From assembly GCA_036268455.1 (NCBI GenBank), contig DATAUD010000096.1, positions 31,577 through 95,576 of the forward strand: a stretch of DNA of 64,000 bases, written 5' to 3'. The notes beneath the pieces were generated by a model, which was not told the DNA's origin, searched no databases, and saw nothing but the letters and a program-made list of their open reading frames with translations. Positions 37,842-47,651 of this stretch are shown piece after piece (position 1 is the first letter of the stretch; each line of letters starts with the position of its first letter). Source of the DNA: Verrucomicrobiia bacterium. Lineage in GTDB: Bacteria; Verrucomicrobiota; Verrucomicrobiia; Limisphaerales; Palsa-1400. The translations under genes were made by a program, and so were the position numbers.

Positions 37842-39620
37842 TTAGTTTCCTTTGGCCGCTCCGTTTGTTTCGGTCTGATGGCGCAACATAAGCCCCAGCA
37901 GCCCGTCAACCATTCCGTTGCCGCCGGTTCCATTCACGGCCACGTCCGGCACAATGCGCACGTTGCGCTCGCCGACGATCTGCATCAGTTGCATGGTCGT
38001 GTAACCCTGAGCGCCGAGCGATTCCACACCCGCGCTGTAGGCTGCCGCCTTCGCCTGGCCGGTGGCGCGAATGGCGTCCGCTTCGCCCAATGCCCGCAAA
38101 CGCGTCGATTCAGCCTCGCCCGTCGCGTGTTTGACACTCGCGTTCGCGGCGAGTTCGGCAATGTTGACACCCTGTTCGGCGCCGACCACTTGTTGCTGAA
38201 TATCAGCAAGCGAGGTTTGCCGCACCAATTGCTGGCGCTGGATCTGCGCGGCTTCCTGGACCTCGTAGGTCTTCCGTTGCTCTTCGGCGATTTTGCGCTC
38301 GGTCTGCGTTTGCATCAATTCGGCCGGCGGATTGATGTCGCCGATCAGCGTATCGATGGCCTGCACGTCGTAGGCGGCCAGGGCGGCCCGGATGTGTTCC
38401 GCGGCGTCAACCTGGCGCTGGCTTCGCGCGCTCAAGAAATCGAGCACGGTGTAATCCTGCGCCGAGTTGCGGAAATAATTCCCCACAATCGGTTGCAGAA
38501 CGTGATCGACGAGGTTCTGCATCGAGCCAACGCGGGAGATCACCTTGGGCGCGTCCAGCGCGGCGACATGGATGATCTGCGATACGTCAAGGTTGAAACC
38601 GAAGCCGTCCTTGGAGCGCACGGTGATGGACGACAATTTGGAGTCGTAGTTGTGAGCTTCGACACGCGTCGCCCAGTTCAACACGATGTTGGTGGTCGGC
38701 ACCAGTTCGACTTTCATCACCCTCGTATTGATCGGGTGCTTGCCCGGATATAGCGGCGTCACCCAGACGCCTTTGTGGCCCACCTCAACCAGATCGCCAT
38801 GCTTGAACTCCACGCCGCTAACGTCCTCGTGCGCCATTCCGACATACGAAATGACCACGCCAACGTAGCCAATGGGTATCTGCACCATCGGCACTTGTTC
38901 GACGTGAACAAACCACGGGTTAAGGTTCCACGTGCCGGACAACAAGACTTGTTCCTGCAAGCCTCGCCGACCATTCCCATCCAGGAACGCCTGGGCATTC
39001 TGGAAGTTTTCGTGACCCGGTATGACAGGGCCGGCGATTTCTCCCGCTTCAATAGGACGCCCATCCCTTGTCGTCACGATACCAACCATGTCCGGCTCAA
39101 CCTGCTGGAGTTGCAACTGTTCCGGCATCATTCCGTTCTCAATCGCCGCCACACCAGTGATGACGTTGAAAAGGGCGCTATTGATCCGATATGTTCCGGC
39201 GGTCAGAAAACCGAGTTGCCGTCCTTTCTCGCCTCCGTTGAGCAGGAACTTGCGCGCGTCCTGGAAATTATCGCAATCGACAATCTTGCCAAGAATGCGT
39301 TCGGACGGAATGGCCGCTCCATCCGCCGCCAGCACAAGCGCAATTTCGCCTTGCGGGACGATGGTGACGGGCACTTTGATGACGCGATATTGCCAGTGCC
39401 ACAATCCAAAGTGCAATCCGGGCGCCAGCGTGTCCGCCTGGTAGCCCGCTTCGCCATCGAGAGCGATTAAATCGCCCGGCGCAAGCGCGCGCGAGCCGAA
39501 TCGCTTGACGATGATTCCCACCTGCCGTTCCCGAATCAAAACCATCCCCGAACGCGCGATAAAACCAATCACGACGACTATGGCTGTGACGATGATCAAC
39601 AATTTAAGATTCGAGTTCAT
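37842..39620 (-). CDS. SPFH / band-7 (flotillin-like, YqiK/FloA-type) membrane protein
   Basis: An N-terminal TM helix, an SPFH domain, and a long Gln/Ala/Glu-rich coiled-coil tail (...IAEEQRKTYEVQEAAQIQRQQLVRQTSLADIQQQVV...). Confidence 0.8.
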   Translation of the reverse strand: MNSNLKLLIIVTAIVVVIGFIARSGMVLIRERQVGIIVKRFGSRALAPGDLIALDGEAGYQADTLAPGLHFGLWHWQYRVIKVPVTIVPQGEIALVLAADGAAIPSERILGKIVDCDNFQDARKFLLNGGEKGRQLGFLTAGTYRINSALFNVITGVAAIENGMMPEQLQLQQVEPDMVGIVTTRDGRPIEAGEIAGPVIPGHENFQNAQAFLDGNGRRGLQEQVLLSGTWNLNPWFVHVEQVPMVQIPIGYVGVVISYVGMAHEDVSGVEFKHGDLVEVGHKGVWVTPLYPGKHPINTRVMKVELVPTTNIVLNWATRVEAHNYDSKLSSITVRSKDGFGFNLDVSQIIHVAALDAPKVISRVGSMQNLVDHVLQPIVGNYFRNSAQDYTVLDFLSARSQRQVDAAEHIRAALAAYDVQAIDTLIGDINPPAELMQTQTERKIAEEQRKTYEVQEAAQIQRQQLVRQTSLADIQQQVVGAEQGVNIAELAANASVKHATGEAESTRLRALGEADAIRATGQAKAAAYSAGVESLGAQGYTTMQLMQIVGERNVRIVPDVAVNGTGGNGMVDGLLGLMLRHQTETNGAAKGN

Positions 39621-39956
39621 AACTTTCTCCGATGTGGTTGATACGCGCGGAGGTCTGAACTCCGCGACGCGGCAACGCAGTTGTTATTTGGGGACCGTGA
39701 GCATCCCGCACCCGCGGGGCAGAGAGGGTCGCCCTTCCAGATGCCTGCGAGGTTAGCTGACGGGCTGGGTCCTGAAAGTGACCTCGGCGGATTTCTCCAC
39801 CATTCGCCCCGTCCCGGTTTCGCTCCGGGAATTGGGTCCCCCGCGCCGGCTTGCAGGAAGGCAGGCCGGCTTAGGCTGCACTACAACGTAACAGTGGAAT
39901 ACGGTTTGGGTGCTGTCAAATGGCGTTCACGCAAGCCGTTGAGGCGCAAACAGAAA

Positions 39957-40721
39957 CTACTCACTCGCGGAAAGTGTGACCGCGTTGCCATGAAGTTCCG
40001 CGGTTATTTCGAGACTGTCACGGCGCAGGCAAAATTGAACGTCATCGCGCAATTCCGGATTTGCCAGGAGTCGGCGGGCGTTGCGCGAATGTCGCATCGA
40101 CCTTTCAAGGTCATTTTCCCCGGCCAAATAAATTTGCCGGGCGATCTGGGCGGAATCGGATATCTTGACGCGCTCGAATTGTTTCCAAATCAAATCGCAC
40201 AAAGCCCCCGCGGCCACAGTGTCTTCGTAAGCGGCCTCCTCAAAAGTGCCGGCGCAAATCACGAGCAATTGAGCGGGATTTTCTTTTATAATCAAATCGG
40301 CCATGGCGCGCAGGTTAAGAAACCCGCCTGCGAGAATACGGCGCGCCCCCGCGCACGCGTGGAGTGCGCGAGTGCCGTTGGTGGTCGTCATAATGATCTC
40401 GCGGCCGGCCACGCGCTCGCGTGCAAACTCGCGCGGGGAATTGCCCAAATCGAAATCCACGCCGCCGGTTTGCGCGCTTAGTATTCGCACGCCCTCCCGT
40501 TCGCCCGCGAGCAATGCGGCGCGATGCGACCGGCGCAATTCCAACGCATCAGGAATTTCGCGGACGGGAAATATGCGCGACGCTCCGTTTGTCAGCGCGG
40601 TAAGCATCGAGCTGGTCGCCCGCAGAACGTCAAAGACGACGCAGACGACTTGAGACAACTCCCGCCGGTCCAACGCGGAAAACTCGGCGGGAGTGAAAAG
40701 GACTTCGAGATTCGACTCCAC
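39957..40721 (-). CDS. comB: 2-phosphosulfolactate phosphatase family protein
   Basis: VFDVLRATSS...MTTTNGTRAL matches the ComB family signature. Confidence 0.75.
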   Translation of the reverse strand: MESNLEVLFTPAEFSALDRRELSQVVCVVFDVLRATSSMLTALTNGASRIFPVREIPDALELRRSHRAALLAGEREGVRILSAQTGGVDFDLGNSPREFARERVAGREIIMTTTNGTRALHACAGARRILAGGFLNLRAMADLIIKENPAQLLVICAGTFEEAAYEDTVAAGALCDLIWKQFERVKISDSAQIARQIYLAGENDLERSMRHSRNARRLLANPELRDDVQFCLRRDSLEITAELHGNAVTLSASE

Positions 40722-40722
40722 G

Positions 40723-42531
40723 CTAACCAGTAAAATAAAGGTAAGCGCCGATGATGCAAATGAGAACGAAAATCGAAGCGGCCACTTCCTTGCCGCTCCA
40801 ACTGGAGCGCGTTTTGGCGCGGTCTTCCGCGGTCGTCGTCGCGAAGGTCAGGCTCTTGATCTTCCCATAATCAGGCGCCGCCGTCGCGTAGCTGACCACG
40901 ACCATCACAATGGCGGAAATAATTGTGATAAGGATGCTGAAGTACTGGAAATTGATATTATTGACGATCCAGAGGAACGAGCCTTCGCGGTATTGGGGAA
41001 TCGTTTTCATCGTCACGGGGGTATCCACCGCCATGCGGAAGATGCCGACTAGAAAACCGATAATCATGGCCCAAAAGCATCCCTTGGCGTTGAGGCGCTT
41101 CCAAAATACGCCAAAGAAAAAGACAACAAAAATGGGCGGGGCAAGATAGCCCTGCACCGCTTGCAAATAGTTGTACAAGTCGTTCGCGCCTTTGACGATC
41201 GGGATCCACAACATCGCGATAATGACGGCGACGGCGGTGGCGATGCGGCCCATTCGCACCAGTTCATGCTGTGACGCTTTGGGACGCCACTTCTGATAGA
41301 GATCCACGGTGAAGAGCGTGGAACAGGCGTTGAAAACGCCCGCCAGCGAACCCATCAGCGCCGACAGAAGCCCGGCGACAACGATGCCTCGCAGCCCCGG
41401 CGGCAGCAGGTGTTCGACCATAAGGGGAAACGCGCCCTGCGCGTAATCCGTGGCCTGTCCCGTTTGCGGATTATACACTTCCGCCAGCCCCGGCACCTTG
41501 CCGCTCTTGGCCAGCGCAAAACAAATCAGTCCGGGAATGATGAACAAGTACACCGGGAACAACTTGAGAAACGCGGCGAAAATACTGCCGCGCCGCGCGG
41601 TTTGCTCGTTCGGAGCGCCGAGCGCGCGCTGTACAATATACTGATCGGTGCACCAATACCACAACCCGATGACCGGGGCGCAAATGGCCATTCCAAGCCA
41701 GGGGTAATTCCCGTTGAAGTACCACGCCTCGCGCACAACATCGCCGCTGGCGTTTTTCTCCAGGACGGGCGCCCAGGATGCCTGAACGCCGTGGGGAATG
41801 AGTGGTTTCCACAAGTTGAACATTTCCGGCCCGCACAACCGCCTCAGTTCGCCCCACCCGCCCAATTTTGCCAGGCCGTAAAACGTCAGCAGCGCCGATC
41901 CGCCGATCAGAACGACGACCTGCACCGCATCGTTATAAGCGACAGCTCGCATTCCGCCCACAATCGTATAAATCCCGGTCAAGACGACCACCAAAACGGT
42001 CCCCACCCAGAAACTGTCGAAATCGTGGCCAAGGAGCGAAACGTGCATTTCCGGCAGCAGCGTGCCAAACACCACGCCGCCGGCGAAAATTCCCACCGCG
42101 ATCTTGGAGACGACGAAGGTTACCAGTGAAACGACCGACAGCACATACCGCGACCCCGGCGAAAACCGCCGTTCCAAAAACTCCGGCATCGTGAAAACCA
42201 GCGACCGCGCATAGAACGGAACAAACACCCACGCCAGCACGAGCAGGCACCACGCGTGCAATTCGTAATGCGCCATCGCCACGCCGTCCTTGGCGCCGGA
42301 ACCCGCCAACCCCACGATATGTTCGCTTCCAATGTTGGACGCGAAAATGGAAGCGCCAATCACCCACCAGCCGAGGTTGCGCCCAGCCAGGAAGTAATCG
42401 GTGGCGTTGTCCTTGCCCTTCTTGATGACCCACCACGCCACGCCTCCAAGAATCCCGAAGTAACAGACGATCGCCACCCAGTCGATGCCTGTAAGTGTTG
42501 TAGTGCCGCCAACGGCAAATAAGGGGTTCAT
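40723..42531 (-). CDS. Sodium:solute symporter family transporter (SGLT-like sugar transporter)
   Basis: DYFLAGRNLGWWVIGASIFASNIGSEHIVGLAGSG is the SSF signature. 13-14 TM helices. Sits at the end of the arabinose cluster. Confidence 0.85.
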   Translation of the reverse strand: MNPLFAVGGTTTLTGIDWVAIVCYFGILGGVAWWVIKKGKDNATDYFLAGRNLGWWVIGASIFASNIGSEHIVGLAGSGAKDGVAMAHYELHAWCLLVLAWVFVPFYARSLVFTMPEFLERRFSPGSRYVLSVVSLVTFVVSKIAVGIFAGGVVFGTLLPEMHVSLLGHDFDSFWVGTVLVVVLTGIYTIVGGMRAVAYNDAVQVVVLIGGSALLTFYGLAKLGGWGELRRLCGPEMFNLWKPLIPHGVQASWAPVLEKNASGDVVREAWYFNGNYPWLGMAICAPVIGLWYWCTDQYIVQRALGAPNEQTARRGSIFAAFLKLFPVYLFIIPGLICFALAKSGKVPGLAEVYNPQTGQATDYAQGAFPLMVEHLLPPGLRGIVVAGLLSALMGSLAGVFNACSTLFTVDLYQKWRPKASQHELVRMGRIATAVAVIIAMLWIPIVKGANDLYNYLQAVQGYLAPPIFVVFFFGVFWKRLNAKGCFWAMIIGFLVGIFRMAVDTPVTMKTIPQYREGSFLWIVNNINFQYFSILITIISAIVMVVVSYATAAPDYGKIKSLTFATTTAEDRAKTRSSWSGKEVAASIFVLICIIGAYLYFTG

Positions 42532-42543
42532 GCGCGTTGTAGT

Positions 42544-43683
42544 TTATTGGGTGGAGAACTTGTACATAATAACATTGTGATAAGTCTCGCCGGGCTTGAG
42601 TTCGGTCGTCGGGAATTGTGGCTTGTTGGGCGAGTCGGGATAATGCTGCGGCTCCATGCAGAAGGCGTTGCGGTGCTCGTAAACCCATCCGTATTTGCCG
42701 GTGATTGTTCCATCAAGAAAGTTGCCGGAATAAAATTGAAGGCCGGGCTCGGTGGACCAAACTTCCATGACCCTTCCTGTGTTCGGCTCCGTAACACGGG
42801 CCATCAAAGTCAGATCGCCGAATTTTTTATCAATGACCCAATTGAAGTCATAGCCCTTGCCAAATTTGAGCTGTTCGTTGTCGTCGTTGATGCGAGCGCC
42901 GATCGGCGTGGGTGTCCGAAAATCCATCGGCGTGTTCTCGACGGGCGCCAAATCCCCCGTCGGAATAAGCGTCGCGTCAACAGGCGTATAATGGCTGGCC
43001 GGAATCATCACAACGTGGCTGAGAATGTCGCCGCTTCCGGCAAGGTTGAAATAGCCGTGATGAGTCAAATTCAGGACGGTGTCTTTGTCGGTTGTCGCCG
43101 TGTATTCGAGCCGCAACGCGTTGTCCTCGGTCAACGTGAAAACCGCCGTGACATTTAAATTGCCGGGAAAGCCCTCCTCGCCATCCTTGCTCAAATAATG
43201 AAGAATGAGCTGCGGGCCATCGGCGCTTTTGTGCGCTTTGGCTTGCCACACGCGTTTGTCGAATCCTTTCGTGCCGCCGTGTAGCGTGTTGGGGCCGTCA
43301 TTGATAGGCAGGTGGTATGTCTCGCCGTCCAAAGTGAATTTCCCTCCCGCGATCCGGTTGCCGTAACGCCCGATCAACGCGCCAAAGTACGGGCTGTTTT
43401 TTACGTAGGAATCCAAATTATCGTAGCCGAGGACAACGTCATTGAACTCGCCCTTTTTGTCCGGCATTTTCAGCGAAACCACAATTCCGCCGTAAGTCAT
43501 GATTCGGGCTTCCGCTCCCTTGCTGTTTTGCAGAGTGTAAATGTCCACCGCCTCGCCGGTCGGCGCTGTGCCGAAAGGCTCTTTTTTAATGTGATCGGAC
43601 GGCGTGTTACTGCTCGCGCAACCAGCCAAAAAACAAGCGCCGGCGCTTAATGCGAACATCCAAGGGATCATTTTGTTTCTCAT
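42544..43683 (-). CDS. galM: Aldose 1-epimerase (galactose mutarotase), lipoprotein
   Basis: A lipobox (FLAGCAS), and YFGALIGRYGNRIA...HGG...NLTHHGYFNL...CMEPQHYPDSPN. Confidence 0.9.
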   Translation of the reverse strand: MRNKMIPWMFALSAGACFLAGCASSNTPSDHIKKEPFGTAPTGEAVDIYTLQNSKGAEARIMTYGGIVVSLKMPDKKGEFNDVVLGYDNLDSYVKNSPYFGALIGRYGNRIAGGKFTLDGETYHLPINDGPNTLHGGTKGFDKRVWQAKAHKSADGPQLILHYLSKDGEEGFPGNLNVTAVFTLTEDNALRLEYTATTDKDTVLNLTHHGYFNLAGSGDILSHVVMIPASHYTPVDATLIPTGDLAPVENTPMDFRTPTPIGARINDDNEQLKFGKGYDFNWVIDKKFGDLTLMARVTEPNTGRVMEVWSTEPGLQFYSGNFLDGTITGKYGWVYEHRNAFCMEPQHYPDSPNKPQFPTTELKPGETYHNVIMYKFSTQ

Positions 43684-43701
43684 ATAGAATAGGTCAACTG
43701 T

Positions 43702-44403
43702 TCAACGTTTTTTGATTTGTCCATAATACGCTCCCGCTCCGTGCTTGCGGAAAAAGTGCTTGCCCAGCAGCGCCGGCGGCATCGGTTCAATCGCCGGCTC
43801 GAGAGAAAATGTTTGCGCGGCCAATCGAGCGATGAATTCCAGCACGGCCGCGTTGTGCACGGCCTCGGCAACGTCCACGCCCCAAGCGAACGGCCCGTGG
43901 CTCGCCACCAACACAGACGGATGGTGCAGCGGGTCCAATCCTTTGAACCGCTCGACAATCACCCGGCCTGTGTTCAACTCGTAGTCCTTTTTGATTTCCG
44001 CCGGAGTCAGCGCGCGAGTGCAGGGAACATCGCCATGAAAGTAATCCGCGTGCGTCGTGCCCAAAGCCGGGATGCCCCTGCGGGATTGCGCCCAAGCCGT
44101 CGCGTGAAAACTGTGCGTATGGACGACTCCGCCAATGGCGGCAAACGCCCGATAAAGTTCAAGATGCGTCGCCGTATCGGAACTTGGCTTGAACGAGCCT
44201 TCCACAACCTTCCCCGAATCAAGCGCAACAACGACCATGTGCCCCGGCTTCATTCCGTCATAGGGAACACCGGAAGGTTTGATGACGATCAGCCCTTGGG
44301 CGCGGTCGATTCCGCTCGCGTTTCCCCACGTGTGAATCACAAGCCCCTCCTTGACCAAATCGAGATTGGCCCTGCAAACGGCTTTTTTAAGCGCGTCAAG
44401 CAT
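43702..44403 (-). CDS. araD: L-ribulose-5-phosphate 4-epimerase
   Basis: Class II aldolase/adducin fold (IKPSG..., VHTHS..., HADYFHGDVP). Sits between araB and galM. Confidence 0.85.
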   Translation of the reverse strand: MLDALKKAVCRANLDLVKEGLVIHTWGNASGIDRAQGLIVIKPSGVPYDGMKPGHMVVVALDSGKVVEGSFKPSSDTATHLELYRAFAAIGGVVHTHSFHATAWAQSRRGIPALGTTHADYFHGDVPCTRALTPAEIKKDYELNTGRVIVERFKGLDPLHHPSVLVASHGPFAWGVDVAEAVHNAAVLEFIARLAAQTFSLEPAIEPMPPALLGKHFFRKHGAGAYYGQIKKR

Positions 44404-44408
44404 CGTGT

Positions 44409-46091
44409 TCAAACGCGCGCGCGGTTGCGCAAGTCGATCAATCGTTTCATTACGTGGTGCAGGCTTCCGTTCCATTGTGCCTTGCCAAACGCATCATGCA
44501 ATACCGCATATAAGGAATACAAATCGCGATAAACCGCGTGCGCCGCGGCATTCGGTTTTGCCGCGTGCGGCTTTAATCCGGTCATTGCCTTGCCCGCCGC
44601 CCTGAAATTCGGATGCGCTTGCGCGACGACCGCCGCCGCCATCGCAGCGCCAAGAGCGCAGGTTTGCGCCGAGCGCGACACCTTCATCGGCCGCCCGGTA
44701 ACGTCCGCGTAAATCTGCATGACCAGCGGATTCTTTTCCGCGATGCCGCCGCAGTTGACCACTTGCTCGATTTTGACGCCGTATTCCTCGAACCGATTGA
44801 TTATCGTCAAAGCGCCGAAAGCCGTCGCTTCGATGAGCGCGCGGTAAATTTCCGCGGGCGTCGTGTAAAGTGTTTGGCCCAGCATCAGGCCGGTCAGCCG
44901 TTGATCGACAAGCACGGTGCGGTTGCCGTTATTCCAATCCAGCGCCAGCAGGCCGGATTCGCCTGGCCGCGATTTCGCCGCGCCCACCGTCAGTGACTCG
45001 TGCGATCCGTTTTTTTTGCCGGTCGGTTGAATATAATTGACAAACCAGTTGAAAATATCGCCCACCGCGGATTGACCCGCCTCAAGCCCGTAGCAATCCG
45101 GCAAAACGCTGCCAGGGACGATGCCGCAAAGCCCGGGAATATCCGCCAAAGTTTCCTTCAACGGCCAAACCGCGATGTCGCAGGTGCTGGTGCCGATGAT
45201 TTTGACCAGCGTGCCCGGCTCAATCCCCGCGCCGACCGCGCCGAGATGCGCGTCGAACGCGCCTATGGCCACCGGAATGCCTCCCCGCAAACCGGTGCGC
45301 CGCGCCCATTCCGGCGACAACCCGCCCGCGCTCGCGCTGACGTCACGCGCCTTCGCGCAAAGACGCTCCCGCAACGCTCCCAGTTTGGGCGAAAGTCGCG
45401 TGAGAAATTCGGCGTCGGGATATCCGCCCCACGCCTCGTTATACATGGCCTTGTGGCCGGCGGCGCAAATGCCCGCGATGAATTTCTCACGCGCCTGCGT
45501 TCCCGTCAAAGCCGCCGGAACATAATCGGCCAGTTCAACCCATGATGCCGAGGCTTCATAGACTTCCGGGTTTGCGCGCAGGCAATGGAGGATTTTGCTG
45601 AAAAACCACTCGCTCGAATATGTGCCGCCGCATTTGGCGAGATATTGCGGGCGTATCTTTTTTGCCAGGCGGGTGATTTCAGCGGCCTCCTCGACTCCCG
45701 TGTGGTCCTTCCACAGCCACGCCATCGCCGCCGGATTTTTCGCAAAACGCCGGTCCAAGGCCAGCGCATTCCCCCGCCCATCCACCGGCAGCGGCGTGCT
45801 GCCCGTCGTGTCAACACCAATTCCCACAACCTGCTCCGGCTTGAATCCACGCGTCTTTTTCTTCGCGTCGGCCAGCGCGCGCTTGATGGTCAATTCCGCG
45901 CCTTTCAGATAATCGGCCGGATGTTGCCGGGCAAGGTTCGGATCGCGCGAAAGGATGACACCGGCGTCCCCGTGCTCGTAAATCCAGACCGCCGTGCCCA
46001 CTTCCCGGCCATCGGCGGTGTCAACTATCAACGCACGGACGGAGTTCGTGCCGTAATCCAGCCCAATGGTGTATTTCGGAGTTTTTTTCAT
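44409..46091 (-). CDS. araB: Ribulokinase
   Basis: FGGY kinase of 560 aa starting [24 protein letters not shown], with a typical AraB C-terminus. Confidence 0.9.
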   Translation of the reverse strand: MKKTPKYTIGLDYGTNSVRALIVDTADGREVGTAVWIYEHGDAGVILSRDPNLARQHPADYLKGAELTIKRALADAKKKTRGFKPEQVVGIGVDTTGSTPLPVDGRGNALALDRRFAKNPAAMAWLWKDHTGVEEAAEITRLAKKIRPQYLAKCGGTYSSEWFFSKILHCLRANPEVYEASASWVELADYVPAALTGTQAREKFIAGICAAGHKAMYNEAWGGYPDAEFLTRLSPKLGALRERLCAKARDVSASAGGLSPEWARRTGLRGGIPVAIGAFDAHLGAVGAGIEPGTLVKIIGTSTCDIAVWPLKETLADIPGLCGIVPGSVLPDCYGLEAGQSAVGDIFNWFVNYIQPTGKKNGSHESLTVGAAKSRPGESGLLALDWNNGNRTVLVDQRLTGLMLGQTLYTTPAEIYRALIEATAFGALTIINRFEEYGVKIEQVVNCGGIAEKNPLVMQIYADVTGRPMKVSRSAQTCALGAAMAAAVVAQAHPNFRAAGKAMTGLKPHAAKPNAAAHAVYRDLYSLYAVLHDAFGKAQWNGSLHHVMKRLIDLRNRARV

Positions 46092-47599
46092 CCGCCAAAG
46101 CCGTGCGCCAGCGAGTAATAAACTTCGTTGGAACGCAATTCCTTCCTGAATTCCCGCGGTCGGGTCTCTGCGTCAATTATAACAATTTCGATACCCGCGA
46201 TGTTCCCAAAATATTCCAGCATTCCCGTCGTCACCGCCTGGCTGAATCCCGTGTGATGCGCCCCGCCCGCATAAATCCACGCCGTCGCGGCCGTCGAGAG
46301 GTCCGGCCGGCAGACCCACACCGCTCGCGCCACCGGCAATTTCGGCAGGGGCTTGTCCGGCTTGACCACATCGACTTCATTGATGAGCAACCGGAAGCGG
46401 TTCCCAAGGTCGATGATCGACGCGTTCAGCCCCACGCCCGGCGGTGTGTCAAATACAAGTCGAACCGGGTCCGCCTTCCCCCCAATGCCCAGCGGATGAA
46501 TTTCCATCGAAGGTTTTCCACGAGCGATGCTGGGGCAAATCTCCAGCATGTGCGCGCCCAGCACCTTCATGTTGTTCGGCGCCAGATGATACGTGTAATC
46601 CTCCATGAACGACGCCCCGCCCTTTAGGCCGCTCGCCATCACTTTCATCGCCCGCACCAGCGCCGCCGTTTTCCAATCCCCCTCCGCGCCAAATCCGTAG
46701 CCTTCGGCCATCAACCGTTGCGCCGCGATGCCCGGCAATTGCTGCAATCCGTGTAAATCCTCAAAAGTATCCGTGAACCCCTTGAAATTTCCCGCCGTCA
46801 AAAATGCGCGCAGCCCCGCTTCAATTCTCGCCGCCTCCCGCAACGACGAACGCATCGCGCCTCCCGCTCGCAATTTCGGCGCGACTTTATAACTGTCCTC
46901 GTACTCCGCTGCCAAACGATCAATCTCCCCGTCCGAAATCTGGTTGACGCACTTGACCAGGTCCCCCATTCCGTAACCGTTGACCGAATATCCAAACTGA
47001 ATTTGCGCGGCAACTTTGTCGCCTTCCGTCACCGCCACTTCGCGCATGTTGTCGCCGAACCGGCAAAATTTCGCGCCCTGCCAGTCGTTCCACGCGACGG
47101 CCGCCCGCGACCATTCGCCGATCCGCTTTTGAATCGCTGCGTCCTGCCAGAAACCCACGACCACCGCGCGTTCCAGCCTCATCCGGCTCATGATGAATCC
47201 ATGCTCGCGATCACCGTGCGCCGCTTGATTCAGGTTCATGAAATCCATGTCAATTGTGCCCCACGGGATGTCGCGATTGTGCTGGGTATGAAAATGCAGC
47301 AACGGCTTTCGCAACAGCCGCAGCCCGTTTATCCACATTTTCGAGGGCGAAAACGTGTGGCACCAGGTGATCAATCCGGCGCATTTCGGATTATTGTTCG
47401 CCTGTTCGCACAGCGCCGTCGCGTCGTCCGCGCTTTTGACGACCGGCTTGAAGACCACCTTTGCCGGAATTTGCCGACTCCCGTCCAGCGCGCCCGCCAC
47501 CTCTCGCGCGTTGGCCGCGACTTTTTCAAGGGCGGCGGGACCGTAAAGATGCTGGCTTCCGGTGACGAACCAGATTTCGAATTGTTTGAAATCAATCAT
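46088..47599 (-). CDS. araA: L-arabinose isomerase
   Basis: [24 protein letters not shown]... The full-length AraA pattern includes the metal ligands in the EDY.YH and MLEICP regions. Confidence 0.9.
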   Translation of the reverse strand: MIDFKQFEIWFVTGSQHLYGPAALEKVAANAREVAGALDGSRQIPAKVVFKPVVKSADDATALCEQANNNPKCAGLITWCHTFSPSKMWINGLRLLRKPLLHFHTQHNRDIPWGTIDMDFMNLNQAAHGDREHGFIMSRMRLERAVVVGFWQDAAIQKRIGEWSRAAVAWNDWQGAKFCRFGDNMREVAVTEGDKVAAQIQFGYSVNGYGMGDLVKCVNQISDGEIDRLAAEYEDSYKVAPKLRAGGAMRSSLREAARIEAGLRAFLTAGNFKGFTDTFEDLHGLQQLPGIAAQRLMAEGYGFGAEGDWKTAALVRAMKVMASGLKGGASFMEDYTYHLAPNNMKVLGAHMLEICPSIARGKPSMEIHPLGIGGKADPVRLVFDTPPGVGLNASIIDLGNRFRLLINEVDVVKPDKPLPKLPVARAVWVCRPDLSTAATAWIYAGGAHHTGFSQAVTTGMLEYFGNIAGIEIVIIDAETRPREFRKELRSNEVYYSLAHGFGG

Positions 47600-47651
47600 G
47601 CTGGCAGTTCGAGTTATCTATTATATAAACAATGTTAAGTAAAGCGGAAAT

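Noticed and set aside
39621-39956. RNase P RNA / SRP RNA / cobalamin riboswitch identity for the structured intergenic region
   Set aside because: Short matches to conserved blocks (GGAAAGT, CCGGCTTAGG, AGGAAGGCAGCC, GGTGCTGT, CCACTG) are present. They occur in the wrong order or spacing on either strand for any of these families.
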